Assembly (NCBI RefSeq): GCF_963921235.1
Contig: NC_086097.1
Span: 100,938,001-101,002,000, forward strand
Direction of reading: 5' to 3'
Source of the DNA: Mobula hypostoma
Lineage: Eukaryota
DNA length: 64,000 nt
The position numbers were made by a program, and so were the translations under genes. Numbering within the stretch: position 1 is the stretch's first letter; each line of letters begins with the position of its first letter. The notes under the pieces were generated by a model, which had not been told where the DNA came from, did not search any database, and worked only from the letters and a program-made list of their open reading frames with translations. Shown one piece after another: positions 35,955 to 47,879 of the stretch.

Positions 35955-37308
35955 ATGGTTGGTAAGTTGATGGAAAAGATCCTGAGAGGCAGGATTTATA
36001 AACACTTGGAGAGGCATACTACGATTAGGAATAGTCAGCATGGCTTTGTCTAAGGCAGGTCGTGCCTTACGAACCTGATTGAATTTTCGAGGATGTGACT
36101 AAACACATTGATGAAGGTAGAGCAGTAGATGTAGTGTATATGGATTTCAGCAAGATATTTCGTAAGCTACCCCAGGCAAGGCTTATTGAGAAAGTAAGGT
36201 GGCATGGGATCCAAGGGGACTTTGCTTTGTGGATCCGGAATTGGCTTGCCCACAGGAGGCAAAGAATGGTTGTAGACGGGTCATATTCTGCATGGAGGTC
36301 AGTGACCAGTGGTGTGCCTCAGGGATCCGTACTGGGACCCCTTCTCTTTGTGATTTTTATAAATCACCTGGATGAGGAAGTGGGCAGATGGGTTAGTAAA
36401 TTTGCTGATGACTCAAAGGTTGGGGGTGTTGTGGATAGTGTGGAGAGCTGTCAGAGGTTACAGAGGGAAATCGATAGGAAGCAAAACTGGGCTGAGAAGT
36501 GGCAGATGGAGTTCAACCCAGATAAGTGTGAGGTGGTTCATTTTGGTAGGTCAAATATGATGGCAGAATATAGTATTAATGGCAAGACTCTTGGCAGTGT
36601 GGAGGATCAGAGGGATCTTGGGTCCGAGTCCATAGGACACTCTCAGCTGCTGTGCAGATTGACTCTGTGGTTAAGAAGGCGTATGGTGTATTCGCCTCAT
36701 CAATCATGGGATTGAGTTTAAGAGCCGAGAGGTAATGTCACAGCTATAAAAGACCCAGGTCAGACCCCACTTGGAATACTGTGTTCAGTTCTGGTCGCCT
36801 CACTACAGGAAGAATGTGGAAACTATAGAAAGGGTGCAGAGGAAATTTACAAGGATGTTCCCTGGATTGGGAAGCATGTCTTATGAGAATAAGTTGAGTG
36901 AACTTGGCCTTTTCTCCTTGGAGCAACAGAGGATGAGAGGTGACCTAATAGAAGTATATAAGATGATGAGAGGCATTGATCGTGTGGACAGTCAGAGGCT
37001 TTTTCCCAGGACTGAAATAGCTAACATGGGAGGGCACAGTTTTAAGGTGCTTGGAAGTAGGTACAGAGGAGATGTAAGGGGTAAATTTTTTTACGCAGAG
37101 AGTGGTGAGTGCGTGGAATGGGCTGCCAGCGACAGTGGTGGAGGCAGATACGATAGGGTCTTTTGAGAGATTCCTGGATAGGTACATGGAGCTTAGAAAA
37201 ATAGAGGGCTATGGGTAACCCTAGGCAATTTCTAAAGTAAGTACATGTTCGGCACAGCATTGTGGGCCGAAAGGCCTGTATTGTTCTGTAGGTTTTCTAT
37301 GTCTCTAT
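35955..37308 (+). mobile_element. CR1-type LINE, 5'-truncated RT/3' end
   Basis: ORFs 36095-36715 and 36771-37166; same subfamily as 47880-51125. Confidence 0.92.
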
Positions 37309-38412
37309 CTTGTTAAGCCGCCTCATGGGTGGTACCTTGTCAAAGGCCTTTCAAAAATGCAAGCAAGCAACATCCACAAACACTCCTTTGTTTACCCTGT
37401 GTGTTATTTCCTCAAAGAATTCCAACAGATTTGTCAAGCAAGATTTTTCTAAAGGAAACCATGTTGACTTTGGCCTATTTCATTGTGTGCCTCCAAATAA
37501 CACAAGACCATAAGACATAGGGGCAGAATTAGGCTATTCAGCCCATCGAGTCTGCTCCACCATTCCATCATGGCTGATCCCAGATCCCACTCAACCCCAT
37601 ACACCTGCCTTCTTGCCATATCCTTTGAGGCTTTGACCGATCAACTTCCACCTTAAGTATACCCATGAACTTGGCCTCCACCACAATCTATGGTAGACTA
37701 TTCCAAAGATTCACTACTCTCTAGCTAAAAAAATTCCTCCTAACCTCTGCTCTAAAAGGACGCCCCTCAGTTTTGATGCTGAGGCCTCTAGTTCTGGATA
37801 CCCCCACCATAGGAAACATTCTCTCCACATCCACCCTATCTAGTCCTTTCAACATTCAGTAGTTTTCAATGAGATCACCCTGCATCCTTCTAAATTCCAG
37901 TGAGTATAGGACCAAAGCTGCCAAATGCTCCTCATATGTTAACCATTTCATTTCTGGACTCATCCTCATGACCCTCCTCTGGACTCTCTCCATTGACAAC
38001 ACATCCTTTCTGAGATATTGGCCATACTCCAAATGTGGCCTGACTAGTGTCTTATAAAGCCTCAACATTGTCTCCTTGCTTTTATATTCTATTCCCATTG
38101 AAATAAATGCAACATTGCATTTGCCTTCTTTACCACAGACAAAACCTGTAAATTAACCTTCTGGGAGTCTTGTATTATGAGGATTCATCAGTCCCTCTGC
38201 ACCTCTGATATTTAAACCTTCTCCCCATTTAGATAATAGTCCACACTATTGTTCTTTTTACCAAAATGCATTATCATACATTTCTCAACACTTTTTTGCC
38301 TATTTTTCTAAGTTGTTTAAGTCCTGCTGGAAAGGCATTGCTTTCTCAGCACTACCCACCTATCTTCGCATCATCTGCAAACTTTGCCACAAAGCCATCA
38401 ATTACATTATCC

Positions 38413-41400
38413 TTTTTTCTTTTCAAATCTTTTTATTGAATAAGTATACAAAAAGGTAAGCCATAAAGGCACTAATACATTGTTAGAATATAATAAAATT
38501 ACAGAAGATATTAATACAAAAAAAATGATACAAACAATGTAATTTAAACATAATATACTAAGGTAACATAATAGTATACTAATTTTATATATATATATAT
38601 ACCAATAGAGAAAAGGAAAAAAAAACAAAAAAAAACCCACCGTGCAACTAAACTAAAAAGCAAAGCAAAGCAATGGGCTAACTTGGAACCAAACAGAGTT
38701 AAAAAACTTAAAATCACGTCCTCAATCCCGACCTCCATTAAAAACGGTAAAAAAAACAAGAAGGGTATATAAATATGGAGCAAAAAAAGAGGAGAGAAAA
38801 AAATTACATTAAATGAAAATATTGAATAAAAGATCTCCAGGTGTGTTCAAATTTAAGTGAGGAATCATAAAGATTGCTTCTAATTTTCTCCAAATTCAAG
38901 CATAATATCGTCTGAGGAAACCAAAAAAAGGTAGTTGGAGCATTAAGCTCTTTCCAATGTTGTAAGATACATCTTTTCGCCATTAAAGTAAGAAATGCAA
39001 TCATTCTACGGGCTGAAGGAGAAAGATTACTGGAAATTTTAGGTAGTCCAAAGATAGCAGTAATAGGGTGAGGAGAGATATCTATATTCAATACCTTGGA
39101 GATAATATTAAAAATGTCTCTCCAAAAAGTTTCCAGAGTAGGACAAGACCAGAACATATGAGTTAAAGAGGCTATCTGCCCCGGACATCTATCACAAAAA
39201 GGATTAATATGGGAATAAAAGCGAGCTAATTTATCTTTGGACATATGTGCTCTATGAACAACTTTAAATTGAATTAGGGAATGTTTAGCACAAATAGAGG
39301 AAGTATTGACTAATTGTAAAATCTGCCCCCAGTCATCCACGGAAATGATAGACCCCAATTCCTGTTCCCAATCTACCCTAATCTTATCAAATGGAGCTTT
39401 CCTAAGTTTCATAATAATATAATAAATCATAGCCGATGCACCTTTCTGACATGGATTAAGGTTAATTATAGTATCTAAAATGTATGTAGGAGGAAACATT
39501 GGAAAAGAAGGAAGTATAGTACTTAGGAAATTTCTAACTTGTAGATATCTAAAAAAATGTATTCTTGATAAATTATATTTATTAGATAATTGTTCAAAAG
39601 ACATAAGGGAACCATCTAAAAATAAATCCAAAAACCGTGAAATACCCTTAATCTTCCAAATTTGAAAAGCACGATCCGTAAAAGAGGGAGGAAAAAATAT
39701 GTTACCTAAAATAGGAATCGCTAGCCCAAATTGGTTAAGATCAAAACATTTTCTGAATTGAAACCAAATACGTAAGGTATACTTAACTATCGGGTTAGAT
39801 ACCTGTTTGAGGCGTTTCAAATCAAAAGGAAGAGAGGAACCTAAAATAGAGCCAAGTGTATAGCCCTGAACAGATTGTAATTCCAATGCTACCCATTTAG
39901 GAATGGATAGTATATCCTGGTCAAGTAACCAAAATTTCATATGTCATGACGAAGGGTCTCGGCCTGAAATGTCGACTGCGCCTCTTCCTATAGATGCTGC
40001 TTGGCCTGCTGCGTTCACCAGCAACTTTGATGTATGTTGCTTGAATTTCCAGCATCTGCAGAATTCCTGTTGTTTTCATATGTCAAATATTGATTGCCCA
40101 ATAATAAAATCTAAAGCTGGGTAATGCTAAACCTCCATCTCTCTTAGCTTTCTGTAAATGTATTTTACCCAGCCTCGGGTTTTTATTTTGCCAAATAAAT
40201 GAAGAAATTTTGAGTCAACTTTATCAAAAAAAGATTTTGGAACAAAGATTGGTAATGCCTGAAATATATATAGAAATTTTGGCAAAAAAAACATCTTAAC
40301 TGCATTAATACGACCAATCAAAGTTAAATATAAAGGAAACCATTTAGATGAAAGTTGAGTAATATGGTCAATTAAGGGTAAAATAAATCTATTTTATCGT
40401 ATCTTAAATAAATCTGTGTATTTACAAGTAATTTTAATCCCAAGGTATGAAAAATAATTATTAATCAATTTAAATGGAATGTTATGATATAAGGGAAGTT
40501 GTTTATTAATCGGGAAAAGTTCACTCTCACTAAGATTTAATTTATAACCTGAAAAGAGACTAAATTGTGCTAATAACTCTAAAACAGCAGGGATAGATTT
40601 TTGAGGATTAGAAATATATAAAAGTAAGTCATCAGCATAGAGTGATATTTTATGGGACTTTAAGCCCCGAGTTATCCCAGTAATATTTGGAGATTCTCGA
40701 ATGGCAATTGCAAGAGGTTCTAATGCAATATCAAATAATAAAGGACTAAGAGGACAACCTTGTCGAGTGCCTCGAAAAAGAGGGAAAAAAGGTGAGCTTA
40801 GAGAGTTAGTATGGACCGAGGCCACAGGAGAATGATATAACAGTTTGATCCAGGATATAAGTTTCGAGCTAAAATTAAACATTTCAAGCACCTTAAATAA
40901 GTAAGGGCATTCTACTCTATCAAAAGCTTTCTCAGCATCTAAAGAGATAACACACTCAGGAACATTCTGTAAGGGGGTATAAACAATATTTAACAGTGTG
41001 TGAATGTTATAAAAAGAGTAACGACCTTTAATAAAACCCATTTGGTCTTCCGAAATAATAAAAGGAAGTACTTTTTCTAATCTGTTTGCTAATAATTTAG
41101 AAAAAACTTTAGAATCAACATTTAATAAAGATATTGGTCTATAAGATGCACATTGAGCAGGATCTTTATCTTTCTTTAATATTAGAGAGATTGACGCTCT
41201 GTTGAAAGATTCAGGAAGTTTACCAAGTTTTAATGAAGCCTCGAAAACCCTACAGAACCAAGGGATTAATGAAGGTGCAAAACATTTATAAAATTCTACA
41301 GTAAACCCATCAGGGCCAGGAGCTTTCCCCAAATTCATAGAGGAAATAACATTCTTAATCTCATCAGTGGTAATGGGAGTATCTAACATAGAAGACATAC

Positions 41401-41716
41401 CCTGTGAAATCTCAGGGAAGTCTAGGTTATCTAAAAAATCATTCATATATTTAGAGTCTCGAGGAGATTCTGATTGATATAAGGAAGAATAAAAATCACA
41501 GAAGGTTTGATTAATCCCCGCATGATCAAGTATCAGTCGGTCATTTTGATTATAAATCTGATTAATCTGAGATTTAGCATAATTAGACTTCAATTGGTTA
41601 GCCAGCCGTTTGCCAATTTTGTCACTGTGTACATAAAATTCACTTCTTGTTTTCTTTAATTGGTTTACAATCGAGGACGAAAGTAATAAACTATGTTCCA
41701 TTTGAAGTTCAGTTCT
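38413..41716 (-). mobile_element. L1-clade LINE, 5'-truncated ORF2
   Basis: KAPGPDGF, YRPISLLNVD, SLDAEKAFD, GTRQGCPLSP, LYADDLL, C-terminal CDRC..HMFWSC; AATAAA and A-rich tail; TSD ATCAATTACATTATCC at 38397-38412 and 41717-41732. Confidence 0.95.
39947..40073 (+). mobile_element. 127-bp Penelope terminus insertion in the L1 ORF2
   Basis: Matches 30291-30420; TSD TTTCATATGTCA at 39935-39946 and 40074-40085. Confidence 0.92.
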
Positions 41717-42480
41717 ATCAATTACATTATCCAAATCACTGACAGCGTGAAAAACAGTGATCCCAATACTGGCCTGAGGAACACCACTAGTCACTGGCAA
41801 CCAACCAGAAAAGCCCCTTTTATTCCCACTCACTGCCTCCTGCCTGTTAGCCACTCCACTATCCATGCCAGTATCTTTCCTGTAATACCATAGGATTTTA
41901 TCTTGTTAAGCAGCCTCATGTGTGGCATCTTATCAAATGCCTTCTGAAAATCCAAGTAGATGACATCCACTGCCTCTCCTTTGTCTATTCTGCTTGTTAC
42001 TTCCTTGAAGAACTCCAAAAGATTTGTCAAGCGACATCTCCCTTTACAAAAACCTTGCTGACTTTGACTTATTTTACCATTAGTCTCCAAGCATCTCGAA
42101 ACCTCATCCTTAATAATAGATTTTCCAGTCACTCAGGTTAGGCTAACTGGCCTATAATTTCCTTTCTTTTGCCTTCCTCCCTTTTTAAAGAGTGGGGTGA
42201 CATTTGTAATCTTCCAGTCCTCCAGGACCATGCTAAAATCAACTGATTCTTGAAAGATCATGACCAATGAATTTATTATCTCTTCAGCAACCTCTCTCAG
42301 AACTTTGGGATGTAGTCCATCTGGTCCAGGTGACTTATCCACCTTAAAACCTTTGAGTTTGCCTAGCACTTTTTCCTTTGTAATAGCAATGGCACTCATT
42401 CCTGTTCCCTAACACTCACGGATCTCTGACACATTGCTAGTGTCTTCCACACTGAATACTGATGCAAAATCCCCATTAAG

Positions 42481-44390
42481 TACTAATGCCTCTCTTTTAC
42501 TGTTTATTTATCTAAAAATTTCATCCTTAATAATACTCTAACATCTTTCCAACCAGCATAACTGGCAGTTAAATATTCTCCCTTTTGCCTCCCTCCCTTC
42601 TTAAAGAGTGGAGTGACATTTGCAATTTTCCAGTCTTCCGGAACCATTCCAGAATTTTGTGATTCTTCATAGGTCACTACTAATGCCACCACAATCTTTT
42701 TAGCCATCTCTCCCAGAATCCTGGGGTGCAGTCCATTTGGTCCAGGTGATTTATCTACTTCAGACCTTTCAGCTTACAAAGCACATTCTCCTTAGCAATA
42801 GCAACTACACTCATTTCTGCCCTCCGACACTTTCAAACTTTTTGGCATGCTGCTGGTACCATCTACAGTGAAGACCAACAGAAAATACTTATTCAGTTTT
42901 TCCGTCACTTTTTTTGTTCCCCTACCTCTCTAGTCTCATTTTTCAGCTCTCCGATTTCCATCCATACCTGTCTTTTACTGTTTATTTATCTGAAAAAATA
43001 TATAAAGTATCTTTTTTTAATTATTGGCTGGCTTGCCTTCACATTTCATATTTTCTCACCTTAACAAAAAAAAAGTATGGCCTTCTGTTGTTTTTTTAAG
43101 TTTCCCGGTCCTCTAACTTCCTACTAATTTTTGCTTTATTATATGCCCGCTCTTTCCCTTTTATGGTCTCTTTGACTTCCTTTATCAGCCATTATTGCCT
43201 CATCCTCCCTTTAGAACTCCTCCTCCTTTGAAATTAACTGATCCTATGTCTTCCAAATTATTCTCAGAAACTCCAGTCATTGCTGTTCTACCAACAATGC
43301 TGCTAGTGTCCCTTCCAAACAATTCTGGCCAGCTTCTTTCTCATGCCTCCATAGTTATCTTCATTCAACTGTAATACTGATACATCTGATTTTAGCTTCT
43401 CCCTCTCAAACTGCAGGGTCAATATGGTCATTATCTCCTTAGGGTTCCTTTACCTTAAGCTCCCTAATCAAATCTGGTTCATTGCTTTTTCCCTAGTGAC
43501 CTCAACCACAAGCTGCTCTAAAAAGACCTGATTTCCTCCAATCTACCTGCATACTGGAATCCCCCATGACTAACATAGTACTGCCCTTTTTGCATGCCTT
43601 TTCTATTTTCTGTTGTAATTTGTATATCACATCCTGGCTACTGTTCAGAGACATGTATATATAACTCCTAGCAGCATCTTTTTACCCTTGCATTATCTAA
43701 ACTCCATGCAGAAGGATTTTACATCTTCTTATCCTGTCACTTCTTTCTAAGGATTTGATTTCATTTTTTTTTAACCAACAAAGCCATCTCACCTCCTCTG
43801 CTCACCTGCCTGACCTTTCAATATATGTGTCTCCTTGGAGGTTAAGCACCTAGCTATGATTTTCTTTCAATCGCCAGTCTATGAAGCCAACAAAATCATC
43901 CCTTCTGATTTCAAACTGTGCTACAAGGTCATCTACGTTGTTTTATAATTAACACCTTCAGTCCTGTATTCACCACCCTTCTTTTCAATTTTGTCTCAAA
44001 ACACTATCTGGTCCTCTGCCCATCTTGGTGTCATCTACAAAGCACTTCAGTTACTTCATCCAAATCATTAAAGTATAAAGTGAAAAGTTGTACTAATCTC
44101 TGTGTAATGCCACTGATCATTGATAGCAATCCTTTAAAGGACACCTTTATACCACACTGCCATCTGCCAATCTTCTCTTCGTACCTGTACCTTCCTCTGA
44201 CACTAAGGGATCTTACCATGTTTAGCACCCTCTTAATGTGGTACCTTCTCAAAGGCCATCTGAAAATCCAAGTAAATAACATCTACAATGACTCTGTCGA
44301 AACTGCTAGTTATCTCCTCAGAGAATTAACCAATTTGTCAAGCACGATCTCTCCTTAATGAAACTACTGATTTATCCTATTTTATCATAT
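42481..44390 (-). mobile_element. Older CR1 fragments
   Basis: VPEDWKIANVTPLFKKGGR and colinear homology to the endonuclease-linker region of other copies. Confidence 0.75.
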
Positions 44391-44440
44391 ATAGTGAAAT
44401 CTGGCTAATTGGACCACTGGTTAATCAGGGCAGTCACTTA

Positions 44441-44588
44441 TAGTAGTCATAGTCATACTTTATTGATCCCGGGGCAAATTGGTTTTCATTACAGTTGCAC
44501 TATAAATAATAAATAGTAATAAAACCATAAATAGTTAAATAGTAATATGTAAATTATGCCAGGAGTTAAATAGTAATATGTAAATTAT
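44441..44588 (-). mobile_element. Short Rex1/Babar 3' tail inserted in a probable DNA-transposon remnant
   Basis: TAGTCATAGTCATACTTTATTGATCCC... matches 8959 onward; AGTTAAATAGTAATATGTAAATTA is duplicated at its 5' junction. Confidence 0.8.
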
Positions 44589-44754
44589 TTAGTATAACTC
44601 TTAAAGAACAAAAACTAATTGAGAAAATAGCTGAGATTCCAGTTGTTTATTTGGGACATGAACAATTGGAGTATGAGACTATTGACAAACAGTTTTAAAA
44701 TGACATCATTTGCATGCATTTCCAAATTTTATATAAAACGAATAACAGGAGTCC

Positions 44755-46374
44755 CACCTATAGCACACTAGTCACCAGCCTTCATTCTGAGAAAGAAGCT
44801 TCAACTGCCACCTTTTACTTCCTATCACTGAACTAGCTCTCCCTGGATTCCATGGGACCCAAGCTTCCAGGCCCAGCTATCCTGCTGGACTTTGTCAAAA
44901 GCCTTGCTAAAGTCCAAGAATCAAAATCCACTGCCATACCCTCATCTACCTTTTTGTCTATCTCTTCAAAAAATACTCCACAAAAATTCATTAAGCATGA
45001 CTTTCTACACACAAATCCATGATGACACCTCCTAATTAGATTGTCTATCCAAATACTGGTAGATCCTGTCCCTTAGAATTTCTTCTAGTGACTTCCCTTC
45101 TATTTTTAGCAGGCTGACTGGCTTTTCGTGGCTCATCCATGCTATTCTTCTTGAACAACATTAGCCTCCTTTCAGACTTCTGGAAATTGGCTAATGATGA
45201 AACAAATATCCCTGCAAGGACCTCTCAACTTCTTCTCTAGCCTCCCACAATGTCCAAGGATGCACTCAGTCAAGCTTTGGGCATTTATCTACTCTAATCC
45301 ATCTGTCCAGGTGATTTATCCACCTACAGGTTTTCAGCCTCTCCAGCATCATTTTCCCCTTAGTAATGGCCACTACACTTAGCTCAACCCCTGGAATCCC
45401 TTGAACTTCTGGGATGCTGCTGGTGTCTTCCATTGTGAAGGTTGATGCAAAGTACCTATTTAGCTCCTCTACAATTTCCCTCATTGCCCACTGATACGCA
45501 TCCAGCATAAGTTTCAAGTGGTCCAATGTCCACTCTTGCCTCTTACCCTTCATATACCTAAAGAAAAAGAATTATTTTATGCAATTTGCTTTTATGTACG
45601 ATCTTCTGTAAGGGAGCAGAAGATGAAACATGAAGGTAAACTATCCAATAACATGTCTACCTTTATGTTTCATCTTCTCCTCCCTTACAGCTTTTTATAG
45701 TTGCTCGCTTTTGACTTATAAAGGCTGCTCAACCATCTTTGCTTTATTGTAAGCCTTCTCTTTCATTTTCATGCTATTCCTGACTTTGTTTGCCAGCAAT
45801 GGTTGCCTCGTTCTTTAGTGTGCGAAATGGTACGAAATTCTGCTGTCTTCTCCAAATTACCCCTAGAAATTCTGACATTGCTGTTCCACTCTCTTCCCTG
45901 CCAGGGTTCCCTTCCAATAATCTCTGGTCTGCTCATTGCTTATACCTCTGCAGTTTCATTTATCAACTGTATTACCTTTACATCAGATTTCAGGTTCTCT
46001 CTCAAACTGTGGGGTGAATTCTATCATATTATGGTCACAGCCTCCCTAAAGGTTTCTTCACCTCGAGCTTCCCGATCAAATCTGCCTCATTACACAACAG
46101 AAAATTCAAATCCAGAATTGCGTGTTTTTGGTGGGCTCTACCATGAGCTGCTCCAAGAAACCATTTTGTAGAAGATCCACATATCCTTTTCTTGTAGTCC
46201 AATTCCAATCTGATTATCCTAGCCTACCCACATCGTGGCCCCCAATGATCACTGTAACACTGCCTTTCTCACATGTCTTTTCTATCTCCTATTGTATTCT
46301 GTACACCACATCTTAACTACTATTTGGAGGCCTGTACACAACTGCAGATTCTTTTTACATTTATGATTCCTCAA
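44755..46374 (-). mobile_element. Old CR1 fragments
   Basis: EELNRYFASTFTMED and nucleotide homology to other CR1 copies; continues at 47454-47540. Confidence 0.7.
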
Positions 46375-47453
46375 TTCCTTTTTCTTGTTCTTCTAACTTT
46401 TAATAGTGGTTGACAGAGCAAATTACAGGTGCATTACCACCACCAACTGGAGTGGAGTGTGGTGTAGAATTGAGAAATAAAACTCCTACTAGTCTTTATC
46501 AAATGAAAACTAAATTACCCCAAAAAGGTCCATAGACAGTAAATTATGAAAGACAATATTGTGAATTAAATTAGTCACTTCTATAACTTAGTAAAGTTTT
46601 TAAAACTATCAACCCTCAAAGATAGCACAGCCTGCATTTGCTTTCTTACAACGTTATATGCTTCACATTGTAAAAGAATGTGTTCAACTGTTTCATAATG
46701 ATGACAAAACCTACACACACCAGAGTGATTTTTTCTAAGATATAAGGAATAATTAAGCATAGTATCCCCAATTCTAAGCTGAGTCAATATAATTCCTTCC
46801 CTTCTTGTTTTACCCCCTTTACCCATCAATTCAAGTTTTATGTATTCTGTAAACCCATCTCCCCTTATGCCCATTATCCCACGTCGTCATAATCCACTAA
46901 TTCTTAGCCCCACCGAACACCTACCTTCCGATTTGCTAAGTGGAAGGTCTACCTCCACAGACAAACTTTCAACAGCTTTTTTGGCCAGACAATCAAAACA
47001 CTCATTCCCCTCAACACCTCTATGTGCAGGAACACATAAGAAGAGGACATGTAAAATAATACTCTAAATAGGAAATAAAGTTTGAAAAGTTTCCAACAGT
47101 AAATCTGACCTACTTCTAGGATGACCTGTTTTAAGACTAGTCAAAACTGAAAAAGAATCTGAACAAATTACAACTTTGCAAGGACAAATTTCCTCCACCC
47201 ACCATAAGCCCAAAATGGTGGCAACCAATTCTGCTGTGTGTACTGATAAATGATAAGACATTCTTTACTGTTACCTGTAATTCAGACAAAAAACAGCACC
47301 ACTAATATTCCCAGTTAAATTATCTTTCGATCCATCAGTAAAAATACTTAACATATCACAGTAATTTTCCTTAACATACTGATGAACCAACAGACTCTCA
47401 GGCATAAAGATCTTTGGACTTCATTAAATCATGCAAACTAAAATCAACTGAAG
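46375..47453 (-). mobile_element. RNase H-bearing non-LTR retrotransposon (Nimb/I group), 3' fragment
   Basis: IFTDGSKD, SVHTAELVA..VICSDSFS, VPAHRGVEGNE..D.LAK, LTQLRIG..C..C...ETVEHILLQC; AAG-rich tail; imperfect TSD TGATTYCTCAA (46364-46374, 47454-47464). Confidence 0.82.
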
Positions 47454-47542
47454 TGATTTCTCAACTCTACGCACAAAGATTCCTACATCTTCTGATCCTA
47501 TCTCACACTTTGCTATCAATTTAATTCTATTCCTCTCCCCAA

Positions 47543-47870
47543 GTCATAAGACCATAAGACATAGGAGCAGAATCAGGCCATTCAGTTTATCGAGTTTGTT
47601 CCGCCATTCCATCATGGCTGATCCTGAATCCCACTCAAACCCATACATCTGCCTTCTCACTATATCCTTTGATGCTCTGACTGATCAGGAAACTATTAAC
47701 TTCCGCCTTAAGTACACCATTGGACTTGGCCTCCACCAGTTTGTGGCAGAGCATTCCACAGATTCACTATTCACTGGCTAAAAAAAATTCTTTCTTAACT
47801 CTGTTCTAAAAGGTTGCCCTTTCAATTTTGAGGCTGTGCCTTCTAGTTCTGGATACCCCCACCATACATC
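47543..47870 (-). mobile_element. CR1 3' end
   Basis: CATAAGACCATAAGACATAGGAGCAG tail; close to 997-1320. Confidence 0.88.
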
Positions 47871-47879
47871 CACACACAT

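Larger units (their letters stand above)
37505..42480 (-). mobile_element. CR1-type LINE (37505-38412 + 41717-42480) split by an L1 insertion
   Basis: AGACCATAAGACATAGG tail; colinear resumption after a 16-bp TSD. Confidence 0.88.

Noticed and set aside
40394..41866. 490-aa ORF as a novel protein
   Set aside because: Chance in-frame read-through from CR1 sequence across the TSD into L1 ORF2. ORFs 55601-56137 (CR1/Rex1) and 29433-29846 (Penelope inversion junction) are similar junction chimaeras.
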